32,000 bases of DNA from Flavobacteriaceae bacterium (GTDB lineage: Bacteria; Bacteroidota; Bacteroidia; Flavobacteriales; Flavobacteriaceae), in contig OZ245049.1 of assembly GCA_965224465.1 (NCBI GenBank), forward strand, positions 2,040,001-2,072,000, in the 5' to 3' direction; not shown here. Below are more notes on the stretch, generated by a model that was not told where the DNA came from, did not search any database, and saw nothing but the letters and a program-made list of their open reading frames with translations. Positions within the stretch are counted from its first letter, which is position 1.

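Noticed and set aside
27154-30951. Four plus-strand ORFs of 66-75 aa (27154-27354, 28333-28560, 29013-29231, 30751-30951)
   Set aside because: Each lies antisense within verified sense translation of the TSP3 blocks and inserted domains. They have low-complexity sequences and no supporting signals.
26684-32000. RTX/hemolysin-type calcium-binding repeats
   Set aside because: The motif is DxDxDGxxDxxD with embedded Cys (thrombospondin type 3-like), not the GGxGxDxUx nonapeptide.
1-32000. A multi-gene system (defence island, secretion operon, prophage, IS or transposon, tRNA/rRNA, promoters or terminators)
   Set aside because: There is no intergenic space at all, because the window lies entirely within one ORF. 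I saw no transposase-like sequence, terminal inverted repeats, RNA gene structure or credible regulatory site, and I will not invent any.

Overview
The whole 32,000-nt window is the interior of one giant minus-strand ORF, open at both ends. 10,666 codons are visible, the first full codon starts at 32000, and codon high coordinates are 2 mod 3. The supplied ORF track misses it and lists only short plus-strand antisense ORFs. I translated the minus strand by hand over about 32000-24240 and through representative and variant repeat units, and found no stop. Architecture from N to C (right to left): (1) 32000-26684 holds at least six thrombospondin-type-3-like (DxDxDGxxDxxD) calcium-binding blocks. 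They alternate with six mutually dissimilar 160-210 aa domains, each bracketed by a Cys at both ends. (2) 26683-26286 is an Ig-like region. (3) 26285-24462 holds one divergent and six clear SprB-type repeats. (4) 24461-24240 is a degenerate founder module. (5) 24239-3 holds 33 complete in-frame tandem copies of a 735/732-bp (245/244-aa) unit, running off the left edge. Each unit is itself three related Cys-rich modules of about 80 aa (A 79, B 87, C 79 aa; 12 Cys per unit). I do not recognise these modules as a named family. The units are mosaics of a few variant cassettes. The array also contains an eight-unit higher-order duplication and a mappable unequal-crossover junction. The best reading is a SprB-like giant surface adhesin or stalk from a low-GC Bacteroidota (Flavobacteriia-like) genome, probably a T9SS cargo, although the C-terminal sorting domain is outside the window. 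I see no second gene, RNA gene, mobile element, CRISPR array or multi-gene system. Whatever is novel here lies inside this one protein. All identity levels are by-eye estimates, not computed.
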